Part shown: positions 45,001-59,900 of the stretch, piece after piece | How the letters are laid out: the number at the start of each line of letters is the position of its first letter | How positions within the stretch are numbered: position 1 is the stretch's first letter | NCBI GenBank assembly: GCA_047495785.1 | Contig: JBLDXI010000003.1 | Coordinates: 558,001-622,000 of the forward strand | Length of the DNA stretch: 64,000 nt | Origin: Lepidodermella squamata | Taxonomy: Eukaryota > Animalia > Gastrotricha | Direction of reading: 5' to 3' | The notes under the pieces: model-generated | Database searches by the model: none | Seen by the model: only the letters and a program-made list of their open reading frames with translations | Told to the model about the DNA's origin: nothing | Program-made: the position numbers and the translations under genes

Positions 45001-46418
45001 ACCACTCGGACCTAGTCTCATCTTTTTCGCAGGTTTCTTCACGAAACTCGGCTCATCGTCCGGTTTCGACTGGGCCCCATTCGGCTTTTGCTTACGTCTA
45101 CCTGGTCCAGCGCTATCAGAACCAGCTTTTTCCGCTGAAACTGGTAGAGGCTTTTGTTCAGCAACTGCGCTAACAGCTGCGGCTTGTAGAGTCGGGAAAT
45201 TCGAAAATTGGCCCTGGGTTGCGCCTGGGTTCTCAATCGAAGCTGATTGACTAGACTGGAGTAACAAACTCGCCCCCGAAGCCGCTGTAGTTTCGGGTAA
45301 AAAGTGGCCGAATTCGTCTAAGATGTCCTTTTGGTTTGTGAAAAGGCGAGAAACTTCGGTATACACCTCGCCTTCAGTCAAAAACCTCGACCCAGGCGGG
45401 ATAGTGCCTTCTCTCAACATTTTCTGCTCCTTTTGATATCGGTGCAGAATTTCGAGAAATTGCTTATAGACATCAGGTTTGTCTTGAAATCGCAGCTTAA
45501 TTTTATTGACGTAGTTGATGGCGTAGTTGAATTCAACAGGTACGTTGATAGCCTGTTGATTCGGGTCTTGAGGCTGTTGTTGTTGCTGCTGCTGTTGTTG
45601 AGCAGCCGTTTGTGGGTTACTTAATGGCTGTTGCTGCGGTTGTTGTTGCTGAACTTGCTGAGGGCCAGTTGGTGTAATTTGCGTCAGCTGTTGCTGTTGC
45701 TGCTGGACGATGAAGACAGGGGGTGACGATGAGGCGGACGTTCCCTGTCCGCTCATCAATTGCTGCCGGGCAGCTGTCAATTCATCTCGTGAAAGAATTG
45801 TAGTTCCTGTCGGCTGCTTAATGATAACAGTTTCGTCTCGAACTTCCATCCGAAAACCAGGCGGTAGAAACGTGTTGAACCCAATGATTAAGTCAGGGTC
45901 CTTCTGAAACAACGTGCTAACTCGTCTGATAACTCCAGGTGTGTCGATGCTAATAAAAACACCTCAGATATACGATATTTACATGTTGAAATACCTACCT
46001 TTGGGATTTAAATTCTTTCATGATGTCAAGAAATTGGTTATATATGTCAGGCTGATAAAGATATTTGATCTTAACCTTGTCCAAATAAGACAAGGCGTCT
46101 TCGACCTGCAAAAGATGAATCATTAGTACTTGGCATTACTCAATTCTAAGTGAATGTTACTTTTAGACGTTGAAGCTGTTGAGGAGTCATGGCAGAATCA
46201 GCTGATTGTGCAGCTTGTTGAGCCATATTGACAGCCATAGGCTGAGATTGCTGGAACTGTTGTTGCATCGCAGCGGCTTGGGCTGCAACTGCAGCAGCTG
46301 CAGCCGCATTCACTGGTGTCGACATGCCAGAGGCAGGGTTGGCAGATGGAACAACTATAAAACTGCCAGGCTCGTGGGAAGGAGGGCGGTTTCCCTCGGG
46401 TCGTTGGCGAGGAAACAT
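36002..46418 (-). CDS. SIN3: Paired amphipathic helix protein Sin3 (HDAC co-repressor scaffold), about 8 coding exons
   Basis: PAH1 ([14 protein letters not shown]..), PAH2 ([23 protein letters not shown]), PAH3, HID ([34 protein letters not shown]) and Sin3_C ([22 protein letters not shown]). Exons at about 46418-46161, 46105-45998, 45948-44339, 43985-43658, 43277-42813, 40083-39651, 38786-38549 and 36725-36002. Confidence 0.95.
37992..38249 (+). mobile_element. Mutator-like (MULE) transposase C-terminal relic in Sin3 intron
   Basis: [27 protein letters not shown] resembles the C-terminus of FLYWCH/MULE transposases. It is flanked by inverted CCCCGAAA/TTTCGGGG motifs (about 37870-37900 and 38365-38410). 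Degenerate - strand W.VDG similarity occurs at about 37330. Confidence 0.55.
41641..41943 (+). mobile_element. Helitron RepHel (PIF1-like helicase) fragment in Sin3 intron
   Basis: [62 protein letters not shown] is a typical Helitron helicase segment. It is truncated. Confidence 0.85.
45560..45710 (-). repeat. Coding poly-Gln (CAG/CAA) tracts between Sin3 PAH1 and PAH2
   Basis: Runs of TGC/TGT triplets on the + strand. Confidence 0.8.
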
Positions 46419-49400
46419 TACAGATTAACCAATACTACAATCACACACCATGTGAAACTGATTAAGCGTGAATAGTTAACATTTGCGACAAGAATAAAAC
46501 ACATGAACAAGAGCTAGAACTTTAACTCTGAACTATTGCTTTGCTATTCCTCAGTTTCAATGAAGGAATGACGGAAGGAGGCACATTAGCTAAATTCTGC
46601 AGTAGCACTCAAAATTCAAGTTATGCCATAAAATCTTAATACAGCCATGCCAAAATATGCTAACATTTCTAAAGGCTTCTAATTTACAAAACAATGGCCC
46701 TCATTAGCAGAACTAACTCAGCCCCACCACGCACCTGATGTAGGGAGATTGAGAGCCGACAGAAGAGGAGTAGTAAAAATAATCGAGAATAGGACAGGTT
46801 GTTGTCTCCTCAGACTGGCAGTGAGTTTTCAGCATAAAGCACTACGGTATTGCACTCATTTTTGGCCAGAGATGCCCGAAAAAGTATTTTCGCACTCGGC
46901 AACAACTGTCAAGTGGAAGATGTAATGGCTAAGCAACCTTTAAGAAACTGTCAAGGGAATCACTATAAGCTGCATCTGCAAACTAACTCAAGTGTCGACT
47001 CTTTAGATGGGGAAGCATTGGCAAAATATATTCAATCATGCAATAAACACTGCAGAGTAGCAACGGCGTAGGGAGCATTCAGTCCGCGCTTCACAAGTTG
47101 GATGAGTTCCGAAAAAAATTCCCTCGCAAATCGAAATTCAAAAAGTGAAAATTTTCACATATAAATATGAATAACATATTATTCATATTAAATTTTAACA
47201 CTTTATGCTTATTCATAAACTGTAAATTTGCGTTTTGTAAAACGCCCGCCAAAACCCGCGCAATTTTAGTGAGCTTTCGTTTTCAGACTGAACACGTTCT
47301 GGGGCGAGACGTGTCCTGGCAGGCCGCAGTCACCTCTACTGATAAGCATCTGCATGCTGGTTGTTACGTTTATATGTTTTAGGGTCAATCTGAGTATTCG
47401 GTAATTCGATCTAATCCTTTTATTCTGCTTGTGCTCGCAGTTATTGTCACCTTTCGTTCCCGGCTTCAATCGTCAGTCTACAGTCTTCCTGATTTTATAG
47501 GCTATGTATACTTTCTATTTTGTAACTTGTTACACCGTATAAGAAGTACGTTCATTAGCCCGTGATTTGCATGCCAGTTGCAAAAATTGGCCACTGTTGC
47601 ACTGCGAAGTTATCAGAAGTTCTTGATTTATTGCAGGTCTTTAAGGCATTTTTGATGCACTTTAGTATCCTAACAATTCACCGTAAAAAAGCAATGTTTC
47701 CTGTATCAGTTATCAGTTATGTGCATTGAAATTTATTGCTGAAGTTGTGGTCTTGAATCTGGTAGATAGAAGCCGCGCAGTCATTAAAGTTTTAGTCATT
47801 AAAGTCACTTTGATTGAGTGTGATTCTTTATTTGCTAGAATTCTACTCCCTTTAATTTTTAATAGCAACACTTTGCCAAAGGCTGTTAGCTGTTTCGCTC
47901 TGAAGCCTAATGATTTTTTGAACAAGGCTCGCAACTACAAACTGTTTACTTGTTTTCCATGTTGCCTAAGACCGTTATGCTTACTTATTATTACCCGCGT
48001 CAAACGTCTAACGCTCACGCGAACTCTGGATTACACTAATGGATTTCAAAATCATCCCTACCTTGACTGCATCAAACAATGATAGACTGGAAAATTCGTC
48101 CTTTTACCGTAAAACTAAACGTAATGCGAATATGCGGAGGTTATAAATGTTGACAATGTGCCCATTTATTGCGTCTTTTTGACAAACCGCGAGGATTAGC
48201 CGACGGTTAGATTTCTTGGCAAAGTTTACCTTTTTGCAGCAGGTCATTGAACTTTACCATTAAGACGAGCTAGACATGATCTTTCGACTAGCTAACGTTT
48301 CGAGAATAAAGAATCATCGTTTATTACCAGGGATATTTGAGAGAATTACTGAGTTGTTGAAACAGCTTTGCTGAAAGCTGGTGTGAACCAGAGTATCTAT
48401 TCACTTTGAGGAAAATATAATTTAGATCTCTAGTATAGAAAGTTTGAGTGATTATGAAAGTAATCCATGGGCTCGCTTGAAAGATATATTGGAAAAGGGC
48501 AGTTGTTTCAGACCTTATTGAGCTCGTCAACCTAATTTCTCTGGTAATCAACAATTGCTTTCCGCTGAGCTGTTCAGATATTTTCACAAGTTTGATGTTA
48601 CACTCATGCTACATATGATGTTACCTTTTTTCCCTGAAAGTGATCACTTTGGCAACGGCTTTAGCTGTTTTAACCTTATTGTCTAAGAATTTAGAGGCTG
48701 TTTGTGTTATTTAATTTCTCGCTTTGTTTATTTAGTTACCGCGCTAAATTTTCAAAGAAGTTCATTTCCACGCAATTTTTGCGTTACGTTCAGGCGTGGG
48801 CTGTTCTAACGTGGCCACGCTTTCAAACGCACGCCGTATTGATTTGGATGCAACATCTAAGATGTAATATAATATATAATATAATATAATCCTTGTGTAC
48901 ACAAGACTGGTCAAGTGTAGTGAAATTATGCTAGTTTTTCTACCATACAGATATATTATATTTATATCAACAGCTTTTCCGAGCAATGAATAAATGAATG
49001 AATAATAATAATAGTAATAATTCTATGCGAAATGTGCAATTATTTTATTGCTTCGCCTGTCACATGCATACGCGCGCGACTACTACACAACAGGGTGTCT
49101 GAGTAAATAAAGCAGGGTGAATAATTGCCTATAGAATTTCGCCCGCTGCCTCTGGTGACGGTTGATTGTTGTTGACTGCTGGCTTTGCGCTCATATACAC
49201 ATCTATACGCGTATAATCGAAAAATATTAAATCGCATTTCTTGATTATGCAAAATTTTCACAGTGACTTGTAACAACTTTTGCGACGCATCGAATTTTGT
49301 TTATTTATCATAGCGACTATGCTTATATATGTTATTGCTACAACCCAACCATCTGTCGATCGCTGCTCGATAAATATATAGGAATTTCCTGTCCCTCAAT

Positions 49401-52400
49401 TATTCACTACGTAATTACGCGCCCTACTCACCTCTCTTCACCTGATACTACACGTAGTAATTACTTATATCACACAGCTTGGGGCGGTTTCATATACTAT
49501 AGGATTTTCGAGTTAACACCTCGTTGTTTAAATTTTGAGACAGGCGCGCAAAATCTCTTGCGCGATTATCGCATAACATTTTCACACTTGAGTTGCGCTG
49601 AAATTGCACGTATTTTTAGAGCAAGTTTCAAGTGAGAGAAAATCCTCTCGTCACGATCGGTTTAGTCTCAGCATTATGGCTTGTTGAGAGAAATCCCATA
49701 TTTATTTCAAATTTAAATTACAGATTTTGAATTGAATTTATTATGAATTGTCCCATTTAAAATTTCTATTGTCAATAATTAGGCTTGAAATCATGTTTAC
49801 TTCATTTTTACTCATTTGACCTGAGGTAAGTAGGACAAGTTGCGCATCTTGAGCTAAACTAGTATAAGACCATTTGATTTAGATGAGCTGCAAACAGTTG
49901 TAAGTACGATTCATTTTTTCTGCCCACACGCGGCCAGCTGTTACACACGTGCGCCGGACGAAAAAAAAAATTGATTCCAAAAAACGTCTGCGCGTGCGTG
50001 TGTCTTCCTTCGCGAGTTTTTTCTGCACGATCCTAGTTGCTGTTCGCTACAATTTATTTCCTCTAATTTATATTCATTACTCGTTAAGCCGGTTTTTTTA
50101 TATCCTGGCAAATTTTGCTGCGTATACGCATTTCCTTGGATTAATTTTCAACATTTTGTGAATGAATATAGAGTTTATTTGCGAATATTAGCATAATTGG
50201 CGTTGAAGTGTTGAAAAAGAAGCACTCGGCAAATTATTTAAGTTTTTTAGTTTTGCAGGATTATTTTTTAATATTCATTGAAATAGTTCATTCCGCTGGG
50301 AATTTATAGGTTTCAGCCCGGATAAATGATAACTGGGAGAGATCGTGGCCTCGTTTTGAAAATTTGACCAAATATTAAAAATTAATGGAATTCTCTTGAG
50401 AGGTATCGTAAATTTTGAAATAATAGCCCGATTTTGAGGTTGTAATGGAGCTCAAAATCAATGGTCATATGAATATTTCATTTTTTTCAAATTTTAGGGA
50501 TTTAATATATTTCAGATTTCGATATTACGAAATTTTTGGTAATAATAGAAAGCGAGGAATTTTGCTTCTATTCATTCCCAAACATTTTTTTAGTTTTCTC
50601 GAAAATATGTCGACGATCCTCACCACATTTTTGCCGCTTATACCTATGATAAAAATTCCAGTGTCTCTCTTAGTAATCCCCTTGTTTCCTAGCACTGTAA
50701 GTTTTTCACGTGAAAATGACTTTGGCATGTTTTTTCAAAGAAAAAAATGCAAGATTTGAGAGCGCAACTGCGCAACGAAATCGCAACTGCGGTGTCGCAT
50801 TGTGTACTTAATTTATTTTAGCCCAATTCAATGAGTGAGCTGATTATATTACATCAAGCTCTATTTTAGCAATGCCATTTTTGCTGCTAACTAAACGAAC
50901 AGGAAATATATATATATAAATAATTTTTTTTCATCTCAAATCCCGCCTGACTAATATAAAAATTATATATATGGGAAAAAATAGTCGAGATTATTTGCGC
51001 CGAGCGGCTCATCATCAGTTCACTCTTTTATAATGTAATACGAGGCATCAGCAAAAAATCCTGTCGTAGATTTTTTATCGCCGCCTCACCGATCGATCGA
51101 TCGAGTGAGTATAGTCGCCATCCGGGCTGAAATAAGGAGGAGAAAATTATTATTATTATTATTATTATTCGCAACCGCGGCTCGGCTCGCGTGCATTTCC
51201 GTCTTTTCTGCGTTTGACGGCCGCTTTTCGCGGTTACATATACGCGCGTATTACATTATAGAAAGCTGCGACGTGACGGCTCCGCGACAGGAAAAAAAAT
51301 CGATGATATATATATTTGTATAATGGGCACTACTCAGTCACTCGAGCGAACGCTTTTCGCCGTCGATTCGTCGCCGTCGTCGTCTGCCTATATGTATGAA
51401 TACATGAGCGATTGATCGATGCATCGGCCGGCATAGAAAATGTGCACTAATGCTCGATACTATATATCTGTATGTATTCGCTGTGTGTTTCGCTCAGTCA
51501 TTCGCAACGACGATGACGGGCTACACGGCTGAGAGCAGCAGCGGCCGCCGCCCCTCTCTTTCTCTCTCTCTTGCGCTGTAATATATGTATTTATGTTGCG
51601 AATCGCCCTGTGCTGAAAAATATCGCCGACGAAAAAAATGTACACGCGCGATAATAATAATTTTTAACATATTTTTCGATAGCCGTACTAGATGCGGCTC
51701 GACTGACTGAGAAAATTGCCGCTATTAAAAGGCGAGGTCAGCAATTTTTATGAGGGCCGCCATTGTCTTCCGAGATGAGCGAATTTTTCTGAATTTTGCT
51801 GGGTTTTCCCGCAATTTTTTCCTAATGATTTCGAATTTTTTCAATTATCACTGATTTCTCTGATTTTTACTCGAGCTTTCTGTCCATCAAATTTGTAATA
51901 GTGATTTTTGAATTTCTTTTTCAGGAATATTTTGTGAATTCGAAAATAATTAGGTTTATCGATTTTTTTCATCGATTGTCCGTTTTTCGAACTAGAAAAG
52001 TCCAAAATTAAAGGTGGCAGATTGTTCACGTAAAATTTGATTACAAGGTCGCTCGTGCCTGAGAATCTTCACGCCGTGATATTTTATCTCGATGTTTTTA
52101 CTATGTCTTTGAATTTTTTCCATTTCTTGAAGTTATTTTGAATTTTTGTGAATTTTCTAGGATTTCTTAAATTATTGTAATTAATATAACATTTTACGTG
52201 ATAATTTATTCCTGTTTGAATTAACCGGTTGGATACTTGTTTTGTAACTTCACTTTTACTCGGCTCACCTGCACCTACTCGATAGAAGAAGAAAGAAAAT
52301 TCGCAAAAACTCGGCTCAACTTGACAAAATCTGTGAATAAAACCAACCGGCTGTCAGTAAAACAAATCGATCAAGTCGATAATATTATTATTATTACTAA

Positions 52401-52431
52401 CAAACAAAATCCCCCTCCAAAATAATCTGAA

Positions 52432-55061
52432 ATGGCGGCTGGTGGCGCGAAACACCAGACGGATGCGGCTGATCAAAACTTCGACTACATGTTTAAAATT
52501 CTGATAATCGGCAACAGCTCGGTGGGCAAAACGTCGTTTCTATTCCGCTACTGTGACGACTCGTTCACGTCAGCCTTCGTCTCTACCGTTGGCATCGATT
52601 TCAAGGTGAAAACGGTCTTTCGGCACGACAAGCGCGTCAAACTTCAAATATGGGTACATTTTTATTCGAATATTTTATTTTCGGCTTTTTTGACCATTTT
52701 TTTAATTATCGATTTGTAGAGATGGGAAAAAAATTGTCCATAACTTTTTATAGAAACTATTGTTTTCAATCTCCAGGCTGTAATTTTTTTCAGGAAACAC
52801 CGATTTTTTTCTGAGTTTAATCCGTGGATTTAGTCATTTTGATCGATTTTGGGTTAAGCAAATATTATGGCGGCTTTGCTATGGAGGCAGTATTAATTTG
52901 AGCCGCTTTTGTGATCGTTCTTGAATACTGAATATAGCCTACGGTTGCTTAATTATTCAACAAGAAAAAAAATTCAATAATTTGAATAATAATCGAACAT
53001 TTTGATTTCAAAAAATTTACTATTGAAATTTATGGGAGTCAATATTTTCTGAGTTTTTCCTATTTCTTTTTATCTGAATTTGTAGATTTTCTTTTAATAT
53101 ATCCATTATTTTGATGTGAAATTTATGAAAAGCTAGAAAATTTCTGCCTCATGTCCCAAAATATGCAATTTTCTCGTGGTTAGATATACCGTTGCAATGC
53201 ATTTTTTTTGTTTAATAATTTGGAATCTCCGATTTTTTTAAACTATTTTTCATGGAATTTTGGGATTTATTTTGAAGTCTTGGGAATTAATTTTTGAAAT
53301 CGGTTTTGAAATTGACTCTGACATATCAACTGATTTTTGCTTATTATTATTGAATTTTTTGGTGAAACGTAGGACACGGCGGGGCAAGAGCGGTACCGGA
53401 CGATAACAACGGCGTACTACCGCGGTGCTATGGGCTTCATACTCATGTACGACATCACCAACGAAGAGTCGTTCAACGCGGTGCAGGACTGGTGCACGCA
53501 GATCAAGACGTACTCGTGGGACAACGCGCAGGTCGTGCTCGTCGGCAACAAGTGCGACCTCGAGTCGGAGCGCGTCGTGTCGTCGGAGCGCGGCCAGCAG
53601 CTCGCCGACCAGCTCGGCTTGGAATTCTTCGAGGTACGCTTCATTACGGATTTTCCTATCATCTGTCATTCGCTTCACTACATCCCACCCCCATTGCGTC
53701 TTATATTAGTAGGGTAAAAACAATATGTGCGAGGAATAGCTAAGTGATTGGATTCCACAAGTAATACAAGTTGATATAAAATGATAAGGATTACAGTCAA
53801 ATTAGGATCAGGAATTTTTAAAATCAAATAAATTGAGTGAAGTGGAAATGGATAATTCTCCTATAATTTTTTAAATATTTGGAATTTTTATACAAAATGT
53901 TTCCACGTGTGGCGAACGATTCGACATGGGAACCAGTTATTTTTTAGATTTTCGGTTTCAGACTAATGGTTCATGGAAAACTACGTACCTAAATAATAAA
54001 ACTTGATTTTTAGCCGCCAATTTTGTGAATTTCTAGAGGAATTTTTCAACCACAATTTCATCCGTCAATAGTCGTTATTTGGGGCTAAAATGGTCTAAAT
54101 TCCACTTCATTATCATGGTTGAACAGTTTAAAATGTTTACTTAACCATAGGAATGCTTACTTTTTAAACGCCAGCTGATTAATGAATTCCCCGCTTGTTG
54201 ATGGGAGGAAACCGCAAAAACAAATTTCTCATAGGCTCTGAATTATGAAAAAACGTGAAGAAAAAAAGCTTGCGCATACCTCAATTTGCGAAATATTTTC
54301 TGGCTCGATATGCCAAATGCCATTATATTTTGACCTGAAGTTGGGAATTCTCGTAACAACTTATTTTTCAAGTTATATTCGCCTTTGTAAGATGGTTTTT
54401 CGGTATTTTCGTTGGCCAATAGAAAATCTAATTATGAAGAAATTCTGGTTTCGTATTAGGCACCTCCTTATCCTCTTTGGAAACCCAATCAAGCCATGAA
54501 CATATTCTGAAACTGAATGTTCTGATTATTTTTGTATACCTTATCTTGAATATTGGTATCTTGAATATTTAGTATTATTTGTATATTTTGAATATTTAGT
54601 CCCCCTAAACTGTAGCAACGGGGTGAATAAACCAGCGGCGAGCAATGGGGGGACAGCTGGCAACTGTCTAGGACGTCACACGCCTCTGAAAATTCTCCGT
54701 AAATGAAAAAATTACGAAATAACGCGTAGATCGTTCCGATTCAAATTCGGTCATTTTCTTCCTATTTTTGTCGATTTATCCATCCTGTTTACCTCGATTT
54801 TAGCGACGTCACGATCGAATATTTTAACATTGGTTTTTTTCTGTGTTTTAGGCATCAGCGAAGGAGAACATCAACGTGAAGGCGGTGTTCGACCAGCTGG
54901 TAGATATAATCTGCGAGAAGATGGCGGAGACGCTCGACCAGGACGCGCACGCCAACAGCATGGGCGGCGCGGCGGGCGGCGCAGCGGGCGGCGTGCACCG
55001 GTTAGACGGCGGCGCCGGGCAGCCGGGAGGCGCCGCGAAGCAGGGCGGCTGCAACTGTTAA
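52432..55061 (+). CDS. RAB3: Ras-related protein Rab3, 3 coding exons
   Basis: Exons 52432-52653, 53373-53633 and 54852-55061. Motifs: [74 protein letters not shown], and a C-terminal CNC prenylation motif. Confidence 0.96.
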
Positions 55062-56987
55062 TCGTATAACGCTGTATTATATCCATTCACATATTTACAT
55101 TATATTCGTACACTCCTTACTATACAGCCATGTCACCATTGCACGATATACAAGTCATCAATTCTAGGATAAAAAAGAGCCTCATTTATTAAAAAGACCG
55201 ATAAATCCCGAAAAAACCGGAATTCGGAATTTTTCGGTTTTTTTGAGATATCGGCAGTAGCCTATTCAAATTTCAATTGAAAGACGCGGTGACAATTCGG
55301 TATAATCTTCATCATTCGCACGTTTATACTACAACAGATCAGCTTTTCTCAACGCGATTCTGAAAATTTGACATAATCCCGTTTCTTTTTTATGTAAAAT
55401 AATCATCAGCTATATAATCACCACCTGAAAAAGCGCATGTCGATGTTATATTGTTGGCTAATTTTTTTTGGTTGCGAGAAGCGAAATCCGGAAAAATTGA
55501 TCTAGTTGTTAAATCTAGTCTCAAATTGCAATTTCTTATGTGTAGCTCTGCATTGGTTGGTTGGTTGATAATATACGAAAAAAATTCCATGCGATAATGC
55601 TGCCATGTTCTGATTAAAATTATTCTCAATGCCGTTGTTTCTTCGTTTTAGCAGATCTGGTCTCTGATATGAAAACAGTGGAATTTCATCATCCGCGCTC
55701 GATGTCGTGCAATATAATAATATTACAAGAGAATAACTGTGCTTTTTTATACCCTTTTTCTGATCCCGAATTATTGACATGTGAAGCTTTGAAAAATTTC
55801 CCCTGCGCGAAACTTTTTGACGATCGTGTATAATAAATCTGAAAACATGCGATTATTTATGTACTGAAAAACGTTCCGCTACCTTGATACGTAATTAAGT
55901 GCGTCTGAAAATGAATTTATTATACCATGTCTGAGCTGTTTAAAAATATTATATTATACATGTTATAAAACGGATGTTTATTTATTCATATTATTATTAT
56001 TATTATTATTATTGCTATCTTACGTTTTTTTGTGTCGTCGAGAAAAAACTGATTGAAATACTAATTAAACTGAATATTGATACTAATAATAATAATTGAA
56101 TGTTTATTTAGCAGTTCAAGCTACATCAATTCACAAAAAATAAAAAATATCCAAGTGAGCGATCGTAAAACGGGCTCGGTTTCCTACAAAACTCAGCAGT
56201 CATGAAAGTGCGGAAACAGTATATTCCGATTTCGAAATTACTTGGAAAGAGTGCAGCTCTCGTTTTCCTTTGAAGCCGGTCTGGAAAAAGTTTACTAGCT
56301 TGAGATCTACTTAGAAATGCCTTCTGTTTGGTCACAGGAGATTTCGTGATTCTGATGATACTTGCAGTTTGGGGGGCAGTCTCATAAAACAGCTCATCAC
56401 CAAGCCGAAGAGAATGGTTATTTTACTGTTTTCACCAAATTTATAGGATTTTCCAGCGCGGAGATATGCCTTTAGACACCCTGGGGTTGTAGTCACCCTA
56501 CAGGATTTTTAGGGTGGTCGAAAACGCTGCCATTGCTGGTACAGAGCTAAACGTTACCAGTTTTTATACTTATTCTATGCCTTTTGCATTTTCTGCCCTT
56601 TGACTTCGTAGTGAGTCCCATAAGTCATAAGTTTCTGAAGGCTTCGAGCTTCGAGATTTATACTTGACTGGCAACGACGATCCAAAGCTGCATGCATTTA
56701 TCGATTTATTGTCATCATTCAAATAAAAAAATAGCTCAACACTCGATCATAAAGACGCTAACTCAAAAACCATCATGAAGACACAACAAATTCAACGGTC
56801 AAATGCGGGAGATGGTTGGTATAAATTTTGAAAAGTGTATTTTAAACTCATTAGAGTTCAGTAGGAATCTTCACATAACGCGTCTCGCCAATCAACCAAA
56901 AATTATAATACGCTAGTCAAGTCTCTATATGGCCTAGACTGCAAAACCATTAAAACATGTTTTTAGGTTTCCCATAATAGGCCAAAT

Positions 56988-59900
56988 TCATTCATGACCC
57001 GAAACCGGCTCTAGGGCATCAGGAATCACAGCGGCATCTTGCGCACGCTGTCCATAAGACGACCTACCAGCGCTGAGTTCGCGTGGCTTCGCGCTCTCCT
57101 GGCGAGCGTAGGCACTGCGAACATTGACAATGGCTTCGCTAGGTATCGTCTTGTTCTTGCCAATCAACGCTGTGATGGTGGATATTTTCGACGCTGCAGC
57201 AGCTAGTTTCGTCTTGCGCTGCTCAGAATGCAGGTTGTTCTCAGCCTCAACGTCAATAATTCTTGACGTTGCAGAACTGAATCGTTCGATCAGCGTATTG
57301 ACTAGATGCGAAAGTTCAAGTAAAACAATTGAAATGCCTGGGAGAAACTTACGTTTTTTGAATGTTTGATCATTAGCTGGCTTAATGACTTTCTCCGCTT
57401 TTTCTTTCGACTCTTCCTCGATTTCATCTTTCGACTTGCTCCGCAACATCTTCGCAATTTCTTCTTGGATGTACTTTGCCAATTCGGCGTCATAATCCGT
57501 CTCCGCCTCGACATTAGCAACCACTGCACCGTGGGCGTTGCCAATGATTGTCATGAAGAGATTCGAGCCGATGAAAAGAACAATCGCAGAGTAGACGAGA
57601 GAACAACCCATGGAATACCCGTCGGGAAAGCCAAGTTTCGTCAGCTGTGACGTAGTTCCGCCCAAGCAACGCGAGGCCAAAGTGTAAATGGCCCACTTGA
57701 AAGTCGTAAAATTCCACATACGGTCTCCGACAAGCAGCGTGAAGTAGCCAGCCGAAGCTACGGTGACCAAGAAGAAGAAGCAGGAATACGAGACAATGTC
57801 ATAACGGCCTTTGGACAGCGTTCCAGTAAACGACGCCCAAAAGCGGCTGATGGAAAGATGCTTGAAAAACGCCATCATCGCGAAGAAGAACGTGAAACCC
57901 AACATGCACATCATCGTGTCCTCGATCATAGCGGCTAAATCGAGATTTACGAACGAGTACTTGTCATTGCGCATCTCCTCAATGGTGTAGATGTTGTAGG
58001 CGATCCTCAGGCCGAACAGAATCACGACGACCAGGCCAAGGCTCAATTGCACGATTTCAAGCAAGTTCCAATAGTTGGAGCGGAACTTTTTGAAGCCGAG
58101 CTTAATGCCATTTCGGATGAGTTTTACAATAGAAACGACGAGGACAATGAACCAAATGCTTTGGATCACAAGTGCTGGCAACGCGTTAGCCCCGGAGTAG
58201 AGGTAAAGCTGAAGGGGGGCCATCGTGAGCCGATAAGTCATTCCTCCAGCTGACAATGTCTCGAAAACCGTCTTCACAGCGATAAAAATGTTAGTCTGCG
58301 GGTTGAAAAGGTTGAAATCAACGAAAACAACGTTCGTCGCATTGTCGAGCCACCGTGACATCCTTAGTTTTTCGATTGCAGCTAGGGCTTCCAGTGGTTT
58401 GGTTGGCAGATCAATGTAATAGCCTCCGCTGTTGTAACTATCCTCCATGCCGTAGTATTGTGGTCCATTTGTGTCTCTGTGTACCCATGGGGACTTCTGT
58501 CCTGAACATGAAACTTCAACTCTCCACGAGCCGTTGAAGCAGCGATTTTCTTGGAAAGATGCAACGGTTAAGCCTTGCTTGTAGCAAGGTGATAGATATT
58601 GATCAATCAAAAACGGAGTGTAGCGCTTTGCAAGGCCTGGCGAGGCTGATTGCTGAACCTGGCAGTTGCCTGGCTGGAACCTCTGTTGCCGGATCCTTAT
58701 CGCCCCGATCAGAACAACGTCATGATTCGGAACTGCCAGGAAACTGTTATCCTTGAATTTCAGGCCGTATTTCAGTTGATTGCCGTTGAGAAAGCCCGGG
58801 ACGATTTGATTGTTCAGATAGTCGTAGATTTGTTGCTGATTCATTACGACGTCTTTGATTTCGCGTAACCCAGATGGAACAATTATTGGCTCAAGAGCTT
58901 CGGTTTGGATGTAGCTCCAATCATTAGTGATAGTTCCGATGACGAAGCCAAACATCAATACGTAGAGCAAATGCAGGCCTATGCCAACCATAACCGTTCG
59001 GAATCGTCTGAACAAGTTGACGCGATATGCATGCGAATCTTAAGAAAATTAAAATTTGCTAGGATACAGTTCAATGATGGGATCACTAGCCTACCTTTCG
59101 GGAAGGTGATACGACCAAGGCCAACGCCATCATCAGGTAGATCGAGTTTAGAAGCGTAGAATAAGGCTAGCAGGACGACTTTCGCTGTTTGAATGATGAG
59201 GACGTCTTGGATGACATGAAGGAACATGCCGCTGAGCCACTGAACCGATTTCTCTTGTCCCCATGATAAGCTGTACATTATGACGAAGAAACCAGAGATT
59301 CCGATGCAAATGCCGACCACTGAAAAGAAAAGATACACAATTTAGCTGTTACAACTTCGAACGAAAATTCTGCGCGTTTCCCGTCAAGTTTTGCAAACCC
59401 ACTGAAAAGCTACTAACCACTAATGAGGATTCCCATATATCCACTGATTTCCCAAGGAAATCTCAAGAAAGCCGGCACCCTTCCCGCGATGACCCTGGGT
59501 TTCTTTCTTTTAAGGATTCGGAAATGTTTCAACTTACATGCCCAAGCGATGTAAACACAGAAGAAGGGCAGTTGGAATTTAGGCTTAGCCTTCAAGGTCC
59601 TCTCTTCTTTCTCATCGTCTTCATCCACAACCTCATCAATCTTGATGTTGAAAATTGTGGCCCATGCGCTCTTCTCCGCCGATTTGCGATGAACATAGAT
59701 GAAGAAGAAGGTGATGAGTGACATTGGCGGTAGAACGACCAAACAACTGATGACGCTTGTGTAGAATGTGAACCACGATAGACGGAAAATCTCTCCGATT
59801 TTCACGCCCATTCGCGGAGAACTTGCTTCCTTTCCGTAGAACATTGCATTGACAAGCATAGCGAGGAAGGTGGCTGCAACTATAGTTCCAACACGCTCAC

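Noticed and set aside
47500-52400. Short ORFs between Sin3 and Rab3
   Set aside because: AT-rich with no coding signal; probably promoter, 5' UTR intron and decayed repeat sequence.
3437-55061. Otoferlin and Rab3 as a co-regulated exocytosis cluster
   Set aside because: They are about 36 kb apart with unrelated genes between them, and nothing in the sequence supports functional linkage.
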